From Blasia pusilla (taxonomy: Eukaryota): a stretch of 64,000 bases of DNA. The stretch covers positions 40,176,001 through 40,240,000 of the forward strand of contig CM114271.1 of the NCBI GenBank assembly GCA_050084515.1. The letters are read 5' to 3'. Both the position numbers and the translations under genes were made by a program. How positions within the stretch are numbered: the first letter of the stretch is position 1; each line of letters opens with the position of its first letter. Positions 12,290 to 24,300 of the stretch are shown here, in pieces. The notes below the pieces were generated by a model. It ran no database searches. It saw only the letters and a list, made by a program, of their open reading frames with translations, and had not been told where the DNA came from.

Positions 12290-13600
12290 TATGTACATCT
12301 GGGACACATCCATCATCCCTGAGGAACCCTAGTGAGAGGTGGCGTCAAGCATGCCATATGCCATCCTCTCGAACATCCATCACAGACTAGCATAATGGCT
12401 GCACCACGAGCACAACCACCCAACATATATCGCAAGCCTGTAAGAACTACTGCCAAGCTCGGATCAACTGTACCCTCAATGTTTGGAAGGTGATATGGCG
12501 CATAGTTAGGCACATGGTCCTTCCAAACCATACCATCGCGTCCCTCCAATAAGAGAACAACTGATGGAAAAACCTCACGCACTCTCAAGATGGTGTGCCC
12601 TGCAGTCACATCCAACGTCGTGGGTGTCGTCTGCTACAAGTAGACATAGTCTCCCTCATGAAACCTCCGGATAGTAGGTCGATAACCACTCCCCCTAATA
12701 GTTGTATACATCAATGTATCCCAATGTTGCGCAATTGCCAAGTTCTCAAACGCCATGGGCATCACTCTCCGGAACAACTCAACCCTCTATGAACATAATC
12801 TCATCCATACATCAGGGTCATCAAGGTTCAACACCTCACCAACATCTCGACAAATGGCCGTAGGAAACTTTAGCTCACGGCCATAAAGCAGCAAGTACGG
12901 TGAGAAAGACGCTAAGGATGCCTGCCTTTTGAATCTGTATCCCATCGCCAACCATGGCAACTGAAGGTCCCAATCTCCTCGGTGAAATCTCTACAAGCCA
13001 TACTTGCGCAATCCTCTCTTCATCGTGTGTACAACCCTCTCCGCTGATCCATCTGCCTCAAGATATCTCACGAAGTGGTGCGGTGGTCAATCAGTGCCTG
13101 ATCACACAAGGCTTGAAACTCCTCGCCAAACTCAATACCTTGATCTGTCAACACCTCAGTTGGTGCACCGTAATGACTCAGCACTCGATCAAGGAAGGCA
13201 TATACTACTCCCTCACTCACTTTTTGAGGCTATGCAACCAACTCTATCCAATTCGAGAAGTGCTCGACCATCACCAACACATAACGACTATTGCGCTCCA
13301 TCAAAGGCAAAGGTCCTCGAAAATCCAAACTCCATCTATAACCTATACCCATGATCGGGAGTGGATGCAACTGTGGAATCAGAACATTAAACAATGCTCG
13401 AACTTGATCATACACCATGCATCTGGCAACAAACTGTTGAATGTCAGTTTGTATGTCTCACCACCAATATTGAATCTCAAGCAAACTATACGTCTACTTC
13501 ACTCCAAAATGACTTGACTCCTCTTGGGCATGATGCACCAAATGTGCTCATTGCCAAGGATGAGGCACAACATGCACTCTACCATCCTCCCACACTCACA
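12290..13600 (-). pseudogene. DDE integrase with C-terminal PHD finger (element 1)
   Basis: ORF fragments 13230-13418 and 12313-12615. PHD reads ...[31 protein letters not shown]. Confidence 0.9.
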
Positions 13601-13637
13601 ACTCATGTGTCCCCTCCCACCGAAACCGTTTGGCTCG

Positions 13638-14990
13638 CTATAGGATCCGATCCCGCTCTCTAGCACCCACTATGCTCGCGATGCTGCCAGTACGCAGATA
13701 CTCCAAGACCACTCCATCGCCGTGAATATCTCGACCACCTGACGTCTCCTCACCGGCCTCTAGATCTAAGGACTCTCCATCAGACATCGCCATGGAAGCC
13801 TTAGCAATCTGGCTCTCCATAGCCAACAAGCCCAAATAGGCTGAAGAATGCCATCCTGGCACCAACTCCTCATCACTCTCACAATACCAACGAGCTTCAG
13901 TCACATCTCGCAGACTCGAGCATGGGTTACGGCTCAAACCAACTGCATCATGGTTGAGCGTCCTTGGTCTATGCACCACCTGGAAGTCATACTCGTGCAA
14001 CAAAAGATCCCACTTGGCAAGCTTCCCTGTAAGCTTGTGGGACTCCATTAACCACTTAAGTGGCTGATGATTTGTAATGATGGTAAAGGGATTGCCGAAT
14101 AGATAACACCTGAAATGTGCGAGTGCCCACACCGCAGCCAAGCACTCACCCTCATACGAGCTATACTTTGCCTTTGCAGCGATGTTTGAGCGACTTGCGT
14201 AAGCCACCACAAACTCTCTACCATCATTGTCATGTTGGGTGAGCACGGCTCCAAGCCCCAACATGCTCCAATCGACTCACATCTGTTGGGCATGTAATGC
14301 AGGAAATAGCCTCTACCTTTGTCTACTGCACACTAAGGCCCCCTAGATATATCGTTTGACCCAGGTACGCAATCTGGTCGTAGAAGAAATTGCACTTGTC
14401 TGGATGTAGCTTTAGCCCATGTAACAACAATCGTCGAAACACCTCCTCTAGATGTCGCTCATGCTCCTCAATTGTGGCGCTTAAGACTACGACGTCATCA
14501 ATATAACACCTACCAAAATCCAAATGTGCGAAGATCCTATCCTAAACCCTCTAAGACTCAACTAGGGCATTCTTTAACCCAAATGGTAAGAACCGCCACT
14601 AGTACAAACAATCCTTCCCGTGAGGATCGATGCCCCAAAATTCTATCTGCCGCCTATCCCCCAATTTGATAGGCATGTGATGGTATCCGGCTCGCAAATC
14701 CAATGAACTGAAGACCTTTGCATGCCCAATCGCATCAAAGATCTCCTCAGGGATGGGCATGGCATACCTACACTAAATCAGAGCCCTCTCCATGTTACTA
14801 TACCTATAGGGTCGTAGGAAGATTGCGTGTCACTCAACAACTCAATGCGGATCCCTTGACCCTTCACCATACCCAAATCTTTCATGCTAAATGCAAAAAA
14901 ACTCCTATAACTCCTCAAGAACTGATGTATGCGGCGCCGCTCTCCTCCTATCATCTTAGGGCCCATATCTGGCTCCCAAGTCTCCATCGT
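13638..14990 (-). pseudogene. Reverse transcriptase and RNase H (element 1)
   Basis: CYIDDVVV, LKLHPDKC, GLGAVL, VAYASR and YEGECLA, with stops and frameshifts. Part of the RT/RH connection appears deleted relative to element 2. Confidence 0.9.
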
Positions 14991-15339
14991 GACTATCGTA
15001 GGACTCTCTGGAGTAGGTGTAGATGGTTGCTATGGTGCAACCCCGTCTCCTACAATCAAACTCGAGTGCTCTCCTATATCCAAGTGCAAACTCTCATCTC
15101 CACGTGCACTACCCGGAACCACGCTCGATGCCATGGCTATCATCTCCTAAAGTACTTGCAAAACATCCCAATAAGTCCAAGGGTATCTCTCACGATCATC
15201 CTTGATGTGTTGATCTCCTCGAGTCTCGCCCCCAGCCACTGCCTCAACCGTCTCGGTAGGCATGGAGCTCACCAACGCAACAACTATGATATGTGGCATC
15301 CTCAAACAACGTTGCTCAACTACTCCTAAGCTGAAAATC

Positions 15340-16245
15340 CATGTCAAGCAGTTCACGTCCATCTCCTGACCCAGGACATGACGTCATAGTCAATACTCTG
15401 ATAGTGACAGTATTGTTGTCACTCCTATAGGGAATCACATCACTCGCTCTCGCTCATCGATGTTGGGCTCCACCAACCTCTGTACCTAGTCATCCCAAAC
15501 CAAGCCAGGTCCGGCCTCCTTGAAAGGCTGCTTGTGGCATGCGAATCCTGTTGACCACAGTCAACGGCGGTCGATCATCTTGCCTCACTGCCTATGATCG
15601 GAGACCTGGATCCAGAATGGAATCCACCAACAAATCAGAGGGGCGCTCCACTCTCGCATACGCCCTTCGCATAACCTCATCTGGCACCAAGTTGGTCCAC
15701 CAAAGACGCAGGCAGTGTGCTCTAGAACCTACACTCGCCGCATCCAAAAACACTTCCGAGCCCATCCATGCGTGCACTTGATGTACACTCGTCACCACGC
15801 GGGACCTCAAATCGCCCAAAATCAGCACATTCTCCAAAATGTATGCTAGAGAACGAGAATGATGCTCCTGCAAGTATCACAAAAATCCGCATCATCTCTG
15901 AAAACAACCTGGACCGAGTGTCACCTAACCCGGTATCCCGTCCAACACTCGACTGGCCCTGACATGGCCAATCAGCAATGACCAGATCTATGGTCCATAC
16001 CCACTCAAAGTCCTGCGGCCCCAACAATGAAATGTCCCTCGGAAGGGAACTCCAGTAATGAATGGCAGACGTAGAAAACAAGTCGAGAAAACATAGGCAT
16101 AAATGTGTCACATGGTGACGTGAAGCGCGCCTTGCAATATCATCAATCTCCACATACAGGTATTGTTGCACGCGCACTCCAGCCTGCAAAACAACAGCTA
16201 ACCAAGTGCTGATCCCTCTAAAGAGACCCAACACCCGAATATCCT
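15340..16245 (-). pseudogene. DNMT3-like C5 cytosine DNA methyltransferase catalytic domain inside the retrotransposon pol region
   Basis: Motifs in canonical order: I RVLGLFRGI, II YVEID, IV DLVIADWPCQG, VI YILENV, VIII DAASVGSRAHCLRLWWTNL, IX ERERVM*FPIG.T, X RHVLGQEMD. One frameshift near 15880 and a few stops. Confidence 0.9.
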
Positions 16246-16844
16246 CTTCTAGGATGCACCACATAATCCGGGTGGTGTCCAAAGGGTTCATTGCAGCACT
16301 CATGGCTACCTGGGGTTCCTCGGACCCGTCACACTCTGATGCAAACGTCTCACTCCACGCGGTCTACACATGCTCAGTGGCTAAGCGTCAAAGTTTCTCA
16401 GTCGAGCCCCAAAGTGGCATCTCTCCTCCACGGACTGATGCGGCTACCATGACACTGCTCTCCATAGAAATGTCAGGAACAGGAGTATCCTTTGCATGGA
16501 CATGTCCCTCAATCAAATCACTAGGCCAAGTGATGGCATTGCTAAATGTTGCTAAGGTCGCCATCTCTCATGGCCGTCGCTCGATCACTGGACCTGTGAA
16601 TCTAACGATTAATAAGTTAAGGGCCCATCACTTGACTGCCATCCTGGTCTGTAGGAAGTTGACTCCTCCCAATAATCCAAGAAAAACCCCATCAGATATA
16701 ACACTGCTCCACCAACCAAGACGTCATAGGACTCTGAATCAATCACTATCGCCTTGGCTCGCACCACGGACTTATCTGTAGGATGTCCCAGGCGAATCCT
16801 TACCATGACCTCATGTCGGGTGATATATTGTGTGGTACTCGCTC

Positions 16845-17000
16845 AACGAGAATTAATTATTGGAGATAGATAGACAGACAAGTAAAACAGCAATAGCCAT
16901 TGATACTATTTTGAATCAAAAAGGTCAAAATGTAATATGTGTTTATGTAGCTATTGGTCAAAAACCTTCTTCTGTAGCTCAAGTAGTTAATACGTTTGAA
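16845..17000 (+). pseudogene. atpA: Nuclear plastid DNA (NUPT): fragment of chloroplast ATP synthase CF1 alpha
   Basis: AT-rich insert translating [51 protein letters not shown] (Walker A region). A 4-bp TAGA duplication shifts the frame. Confidence 0.95.
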
Positions 17001-20000
17001 CATCCAAAGATGTCTGTATCCGGAATGGACAATGCTCCATATCGGCTCTCGTCAAGCCCAATCCTCTGAATGTCGCTTTCCCCAATATGAGGGGTTGCGC
17101 TCCTAAATCCAACACAACACGCTGCAGACTAAAAGCTCTACCTCCGGGACTCACCAATTGGAAGACCTCTCCCCCGTTATCCAGCAACACAATACTAGGA
17201 GAAGCCATGGCACGCTCTATCGCACGACTAGTGGGCATCTCCGCCATCCTAGCAGCCGCAGCTTGACATGAATCTGACGTGGACGGCCCGAGCATCCGCT
17301 CTAAGGGTAGGTCCATCACCTCCTCTGCAATCACCTTTGAATGTGATGCATGAACTCCAACTCCACGCTCACGTAGCATAGCGACCAGCCGAAATACCTC
17401 GGCAGGCGTACCTCCCAATGTCATAACATCGGAAAATATCGGAGCACGGTACACCATCGTGGTTGCCCCCAACATCGTACTCGATACATACTTCTCCTAA
17501 GCATCAGCAATATGAGTCGTCACACTCATTTCTCCCATTGCCTCATTATGCCTGCACACCAATAACATAACCAACTCTTTGGGAACTCTGATCAGGATCC
17601 ATCGATGGGGTCCTCATCGCCTCGGACAACGTGAAAGATTGAGGAAGACCGGTCTATTTCCTGGCTTTCCCTCGCTATGGATCCAACTCTACGGCTGCTC
17701 CACATATCATAATTGCGGCAGCCTCTATCTGGGCAACCTTGCACATCCAACCAGGATCCTCCATATCTCTAGCTCCTCCATATGATGTCGATGCCACGGA
17801 TCCAGCATCGGGTAAACTCAATGCCATAGCGGCAATCTGCTCCTGTAGCTGCTGTATCTTAGCATCCATCCCAGCCTCATGCCCGGCATCTCCCTCGACG
17901 CGTCTAGGTGGTGGGACTCTACCTCCTCCACATGCAACTTCACCACCCTGTCAGGTAATTCCAACTCCTCGTTTCCCAACGAGACAACATGGTGCACGAC
18001 CTCTAGGCCCACTCGGACCGGCTACTCACTCTGATGCCCTCTCTGGCCCTCGGTCCGGACGTAACTCAGTGTGTAAACTAAAACACCTGATGCATGTGTG
18101 ACCATACCTCTGATAATAGTCACACTAATAACCTCTTAGTGTAGCACTATCTCCTCCTTCATGCTGAGGCACACGTCCATGACCCTCACGAGTGCAATCA
18201 CGTTGATCATGGGCTCCACTACATGACCAACAAGTAATCGTAGGCGGCTGTTGTTGAGCCGCATATGAAGAAGCAGGTCTCTATGTAATGGTCTCCCGGT
18301 ATCCTCCCTAAGCTCGTGGTGCCACAATCAACCTATCTAGGAGTCCACGTTGCTGCAGTGGTGATGCAGGCAATCGTGACTGCTCTCGCCCAGAACCCAT
18401 GGTGGCTACGCTCTCCTCCACCATGTTGTGCTCAATATTCTTGGCGGTCCTAAAAACATCTCTAAACGTAGGTGAGGTGTTCATAAGAAGTATCCCCTCC
18501 CCCACCCGTGTCCGCAGGGTCCGATCAAGCATCGCATATCATGATTGGATAGCATGAGCCTCTGTCAACCCCTGAGTGACGTTGATCAATCGACGCAAGA
18601 AAGTGTAAGCCTCATGCAATCTCTCACTCGGGCGCCTCTAGAAGTCATGGATGCTCCACAATTTCTCCGTCCATACCCTCTGGTAGCTCGCCCTCAACTC
18701 AGCGAAGAACTCAACCACGAGGTTGCACCTAGGACGAACTCGACTGGACGGTGCAACTACTCCAGTGTGAGTTACCCCTCCTAAAATATCACGTGCGGAA
18801 GAGGAAGTAGCCTCTCCTGACTCTTCCTCCTCATCTGGGAACGGCTCCGTCCATGACACATAGTGTGGGTCATACTAGAGTGGCCATGCCTCAATCTCTT
18901 GGGCATATCTGTGGGAGAACTCATGGTAATCGTCCATGGGCGCCCCCTCTAAATGCTGGAACATACCGTTCCATGTTGTAAACTAGTTGAACTCTCTAGA
19001 GTTCCTAGCCTGTTGTGAGTCGCGCCAACTCCTAAACTCGATGATGAAGTCGTGCAACTCTATCGTACCTACTGCACCTGAGAACCTACGCGGTCTTCTA
19101 CCATGGTCGTCCATCTCGTACGCCCAAGCAATAGGACTACTCAATATGAGTGGCAAAGCACTAAATTCCTCTACGCCCTCCTCCTCATTTGAAGATGACA
19201 TAGAAGGATGTCGAGGTGGTCCCGCATGTGGATACCCTCGAAACCTCGCGCCACTCCACGTAAATCCTCTAGAGCTACGCTCTAGGATTCCGTGATGACC
19301 CTTGTTCCCCTCTCACACAATCACTCTCAACCTTGCGTGTAATCACGCAATCACTCAATCTAACATACGGCACTCAAGCTACACTCTCTCATCAAGACGT
19401 GTGTTGTGCGGTAACAAGCAGCGTGATGCTGCAAATCAACTGATATATAGTCTCATCGATAAACCATCCTCAACTCTGGACATCCCACACAAGTCTTTGT
19501 TCCCTCAACCCATTTGTCATCTATGCTCTCAGCGTCAGCACGAAACCCAATATCCCAAATAACTTCCCAATACCCGGAATTCCCTCACACTTGCACGGTA
19601 AGAGACCAGAATGGGTAACCTGACAATAATGTCAATGTCGCTCCTTGGCAACTGTAAATCTCGACCCCAACTCGGTCGTGCAGATAACTCCTCCAATAAG
19701 CAAGTTGTAATCTTGTACTGACGTTGCTCAAACCTCCTAAATATTTAGTGCAAATCCAATGGTACGGTGCGACATTGGCGACACGGAACGGCACTCGATA
19801 ATGGGATGCAGCACTCCACGGCATACCCTCCTCAATCAGCAATACACATGCTCTGCTCCTTAGTGAAGGAGCGGCTCCGCGATCGAGACAATACGGTGCG
19901 TCCACAAGCAGCACGACGCGGCAATCGGCGGCGCATTGTAGCTACGCACGTCACGACACGGTACTCGATCGTCCTTGAGTGGCTACCAATCACAACATAG

Positions 20001-20880
20001 CAGAATGAAATGAAAACTCAAACACCGTGACCCAAGGTCGCCTGCCATCATTGGTTGATCACGAAATTGCGATGATGGTGGCATCCAAAACAAAGTATGT
20101 GGTGGTGGCGCAAGTTAGAGAATCAACGGTCATCGTGGAAGACCCTCCACTCCGTAATGGTGGCAATGGCAACCAAGGGTGGACAACGGCCGAACGTAGC
20201 TCTCAGTAGCGCTAGGCGGCGGCGGCCGACGGTGGCCCGTGGACCATTGACGATGACGACGGACCGTTGATGGTGACGGTTGACCGTTGACGATGACTAT
20301 GACCGCAACAGCTGCCGCCGCTGCCACTGATTTAGGGTTTGAACAATTTTACCATACAAATCGCCTTGCAATAAAAATTTTGCAAGATTGACCATAAAAT
20401 TTTGCTCGCAACTATAAATTATGCACTATTTGTTGCACAATGTGCACAGGTTTATGATCTACGACGATGTCAAAAAATATTTTGAATCGTACATTCGAGT
20501 AAAAACTGACGGGGACTGTCGTAAAGCCCAATGTCTCTTTCTCCTACACAAAATTTGGCAGCGCTTCCGCGCTGTGCACTGATTTCTCCCAAAAAAATTG
20601 TAAAACGTGTGAAAATACAAATCAACAAGCTACATGGTGCTCCCGAGAGCACCATGTAGGGGAAATTGGCTCCCATACTCAATCCCTATCAAAAATTGGA
20701 CAGCGCTTCCGCACGCCACTCTTTCACACGAAAAATCGGCAAAGGAAACATAAGCTCTCCAGCTCTGGTGAGCACTCCCATGAACCATTGAATGGGGAAT
20801 ACGATCCCCAACCTGCAAAACCAGTGAGTGACCAGCGAGCTCCCCCATGAAACTCTCTCACTCATCTCATTCTCTCTTTG

Positions 20881-21366
20881 TAAATCAAGATCCAAACTCT
20901 CTCAACACCATAGCTCTCAATGTGTGCACTCTCACATGTCTCTCTGAATATCAAACCAAACCCACTCTCCTAATGAGAGGCTTGGATTACACACAAGGCA
21001 AGCAAGACCATGGCTCCGCCGCCTCATGCCAAGAGGTTCAACAAAAAGAGAATGAGCTCTCAAGCTCTCTCTCCTTAAGGTATACCCCTCACCTCTTCCA
21101 AGCTCTCTCCATGGTAACCTATGCTCCCAAGTCACCTCTTTGGCTCTTGACCTGATATAAGAGGTCAAGGGCCATTTACCAAAAATAGAAAGTCGACCAT
21201 ATATTCAAAATAATACTTCCCTAAAATAGTAAGTTTCTCAATATGACTCCAAATGAGCCGAAACGAAGGGGTCTCAACAAGCTATCCCCGACCTCCTTAG
21301 TCTGTCCTCCACTACTCGCAAAGGCACTCAACTAGATCTCACCGATCTATCCTAAAAGACGTGACA
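20881..21366 (-). repeat. 5' terminal repeat A1 of element 1
   Basis: Matches 11504-11989 and ~60925-61442; ends GACGTGACA on the + strand; has no B segment. Confidence 0.9.
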
Positions 21367-24300
21367 AGGTATAGGATGGAAATATGGGCCATACTTTGAG
21401 CCACGCTAGCTAGTCACCAAAATAACTGCAAGTCCGAGTAGACATAAAGAGCCAGTTGCGAGGGCTTTGCTGGTGATCGGGTGCGGAAGAAGCCATTATG
21501 GCTCCAAGGAGACATGGCAAGTGGTGAGCATGGTCACACAGGGCGGCGCACTTGCTAGCAAATGGAACTACTAAGCCAGAGATGGAGAGAGCTGAAAGGA
21601 GTTCATGACAAAGGGCGCGCATGAGGAGGTCCTTGGGGGAGGGTGCAAAGCAAGGAAGGAGCCAGGTAGGGGTTTCTCATAGGGAGGTGAGGCAGAAGTT
21701 TCATTTTACAACCCTCATAACTAAATGAGTGCCTAGCAAAATATCATAACTCTAGTTCGCTCACTCTAGGATGATTTGCGCATTGGTGAGGTCTCTTGGT
21801 AGAGACGCAAGAGACACAAGAGATGAGAAGCGAACAAGGTTGAGAATTTCATGTGTGTTTATGGTCTTGACTAGGAAACGTGAACCAAGGCTTGAGAGGA
21901 GTCGAGTCTAGGAAGAGTGGTTTCCAAAGTGGTGAGAACCGGATTTGGAACATGACCAATATGTGGGGTTTTGACTATATTTTGGACCATAACTTTTAGT
22001 CTTGAGATGCATTTGGGATAAATAATGTGGCATTGGAAGGCTAATGCAAATCGAATTTCAATGCTCTAAAGATCTCAGAAAACACACGAGCAAAGGATGA
22101 GAAACTTCCCAAAAACCACTTTACACAACTTCCCGTAAAGTTGTTTTTGGGAAGTTTTTCATCCTTTGGTACCCAACTTGTGTACCACAAGTTGGGTATG
22201 TTGTGGGCCAAAAATAGGGGTTCGAACGTCTTTTCCCAAAGGATAGGGGAGGGGGAAGAAGCCTAGAAGTACTAGTAAGGGGGAAGGTCTCAAAGACTGC
22301 TTGGGACTCAAACCCCACTTTGGAGCACCGCAAGGAGCCCAAGGGCACGGAATGGATCAAGAGCTTGGCGTTGGGACTCGAAACCCAAACCAAGTCCAAT
22401 AGAGTAGATTTTAGAGGTCCCCATTGGATTCCAACTCACGATTCATTTAGTTTGGTCTCAATTTGGGGCTCATGCAATGTTCATTAGATAGTTGGGATCG
22501 CTAGGCGTGCGAATGTCGTTTTAGGTGGTTGGACTAACCAAAAAGTGTGTCCCAAGTCTCAAAAGAGTTGCTCGTGTTGGGAAGTGAGGAACTAGGAAGA
22601 TTGAGCTCAATGAGGTGCCGAGTTGAGAATTCAGTGAGTTGGAAGGTTGATTGACTCAGACCTGACTAATGTAAGTGTGTTTGGGTGCAGATCAGAAGTG
22701 AGAGCATGTCCTACTGAACGTACGCTTCCGCAACACGAAAGATTGATGTTCAAAAGGAGTAGGTGCACAATATTTCAGTTTGGTCTAAGGAACGAGGACG
22801 GGGTTATAGGTATAAAGGAGCTATGGAGAGACGTATACACGGGCTTGTAAGGGCTACACGTAGGGACGGGGGGAGCCACTAAAGCTCCAAGGAACTATGG
22901 AGTTACAAAGGTATCTATAGCTACATCTGGAGGAGAATGAACTGCGCAGGGCTAGGAATAGCCATGAGTTGAGTAGACGTCGGACGGGGGGACACCGACA
23001 TCATAGGGTGGCCAACCCACAAGCAGGTTTAGTTGGGGCTAAGTGCGGAGACAGTAGTCGGGCTGTGGGGACCCCTCTTGCATAGGGCACTTTGCATGTA
23101 CCAGTATGGACGCAAGGAGCCAAGCTACAGGGGCGGATTTGGGTAAGGAAAATCGAGGTCGAGCGGTGACTACGGTAGGGAGGCGGATGGGGTAGAGGCA
23201 ATGCATGGTTTGCCGCACTACCAGGTTAGAATGATGGACATGGTAAGCACGCTAACCGTGGTATGCGGCTATGAGGTTAAGCGGTTAAGCGGTTAAGATA
23301 GTTAGGCATTGGACGTGGTAGGTTGGATCGGAGGTAGTTGGTGATTGGAGAGCTACATGGTTGGTGGGAGTTGCAACTTTTTGGACAAGTAGGAGGTATT
23401 TTGTGACTTGGTATTATGGAGCGAGATTGTGATTACATTAGTGGCGAGATTTGCTAGCCATTTTGAGTCGTTGACAGAGACCCAATTTACTAGCACCATG
23501 CGGACTGGGAGCAGGATGGGTGATCCGCACCAAGGGTATGCTATGGAGTGCTAGAGGTGGAGACACATGCACCGCCACTAACAGGTAATCTACATCTGTT
23601 GACGGGAGGTTGGACGTGCTACTCGAGGAGATTTTCGTGCCATGGAGGTTGTTGCACCACATGGATCAATCAATGTTGACCATGGAGTAGAATGATGGCA
23701 GGGATGCCCATGTTACCCATCAAAGTCCTTTTTCCCGCACTTTTCTTTTGTCATTGAGGGTGTTGGGTATCATGTAGTAGCTTAGTCTAGATGGGTGTAG
23801 CAATGGTGACGAGTGTAGACTCCTTGCATGTGTCGCATATTTGTGGACATAGGGCGGTTTCTCGAGTAGGGGTAGTGTATATGACCCGAAAGAGTGCAAG
23901 TAGCTTAGGTGAGCTTGGTCAAGAGGCTCAGGGTGAGTCCGAGTCTTAAGTGTGCATGAGGTCGGATGTGCCATCACGGGATTATCATTAGCATAGGTGA
24001 GCTAGTGAGGAGTGTGGAAGACTCTCGTTGAGTTTGAGTGCTTGAGCGTGTGAGATAGGGTTGTCTTCATGGTGTTCTTCGAAGGTTTGGAAGAACGGGG
24101 TAGTTTGAGTAGTGGTAGTGGAGTAACACAAAGTGGAGTGAGTATCAAGGAATTTAGAGTGAGGAACCCTCCTCCCCGGCGGACTCCTGTCAATGGTTGG
24201 ATTGTCATCACTATACAACAAGTTTGGTGACAAGATTGTAGACGGAGATAGTGTTACGTGGGGGGAGATGGACAACATGAACCATTTGGGCATGTGTCAT

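Larger units (their letters stand above)
11376..21366 (-). mobile_element. Full-length decayed Ty3/Gypsy-type retrotransposon: Gag-PR-DNMT-RT-RH-IN-PHD, bounded by split direct repeats
   Basis: Gag ~19300-17580 with two CCHC-like knuckles (CWSCSGAHDQRDC; CDYYQRYGHTCIRC). Protease VVLDLGA..YDVLVG, C5-MTase ~16245-15340, RT (LDLRAGY, LPFGLKNA, YIDD), RNase H (GLGAVL, VAYASR, YEGECLA), integrase (SLDF.GPLP..YVLVMVEHFS) and PHD finger. Ends T(A/G)TCG...TGACA; possible 4-bp TSD AAGT/AGGT. Confidence 0.93.

Noticed and set aside
15340-16245. A host DNMT3/DRM gene
   Set aside because: No introns are evident, it is collinear with pol, it is decayed like the surrounding TE, and it recurs in a related element.
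16860-17069. A functional ATP synthase gene
   Set aside because: It is a 156-bp frameshifted fragment inside a transposon.
11376-21366. DIRS/PAT/Ngaro classification suggested by the split repeats and a methyltransferase
   Set aside because: The element encodes an aspartic protease and a DDE integrase, with no recognisable tyrosine recombinase. Its MTase has C5 motifs (PCQ, ENV), not the adenine-MTase type found in DIRS elements.
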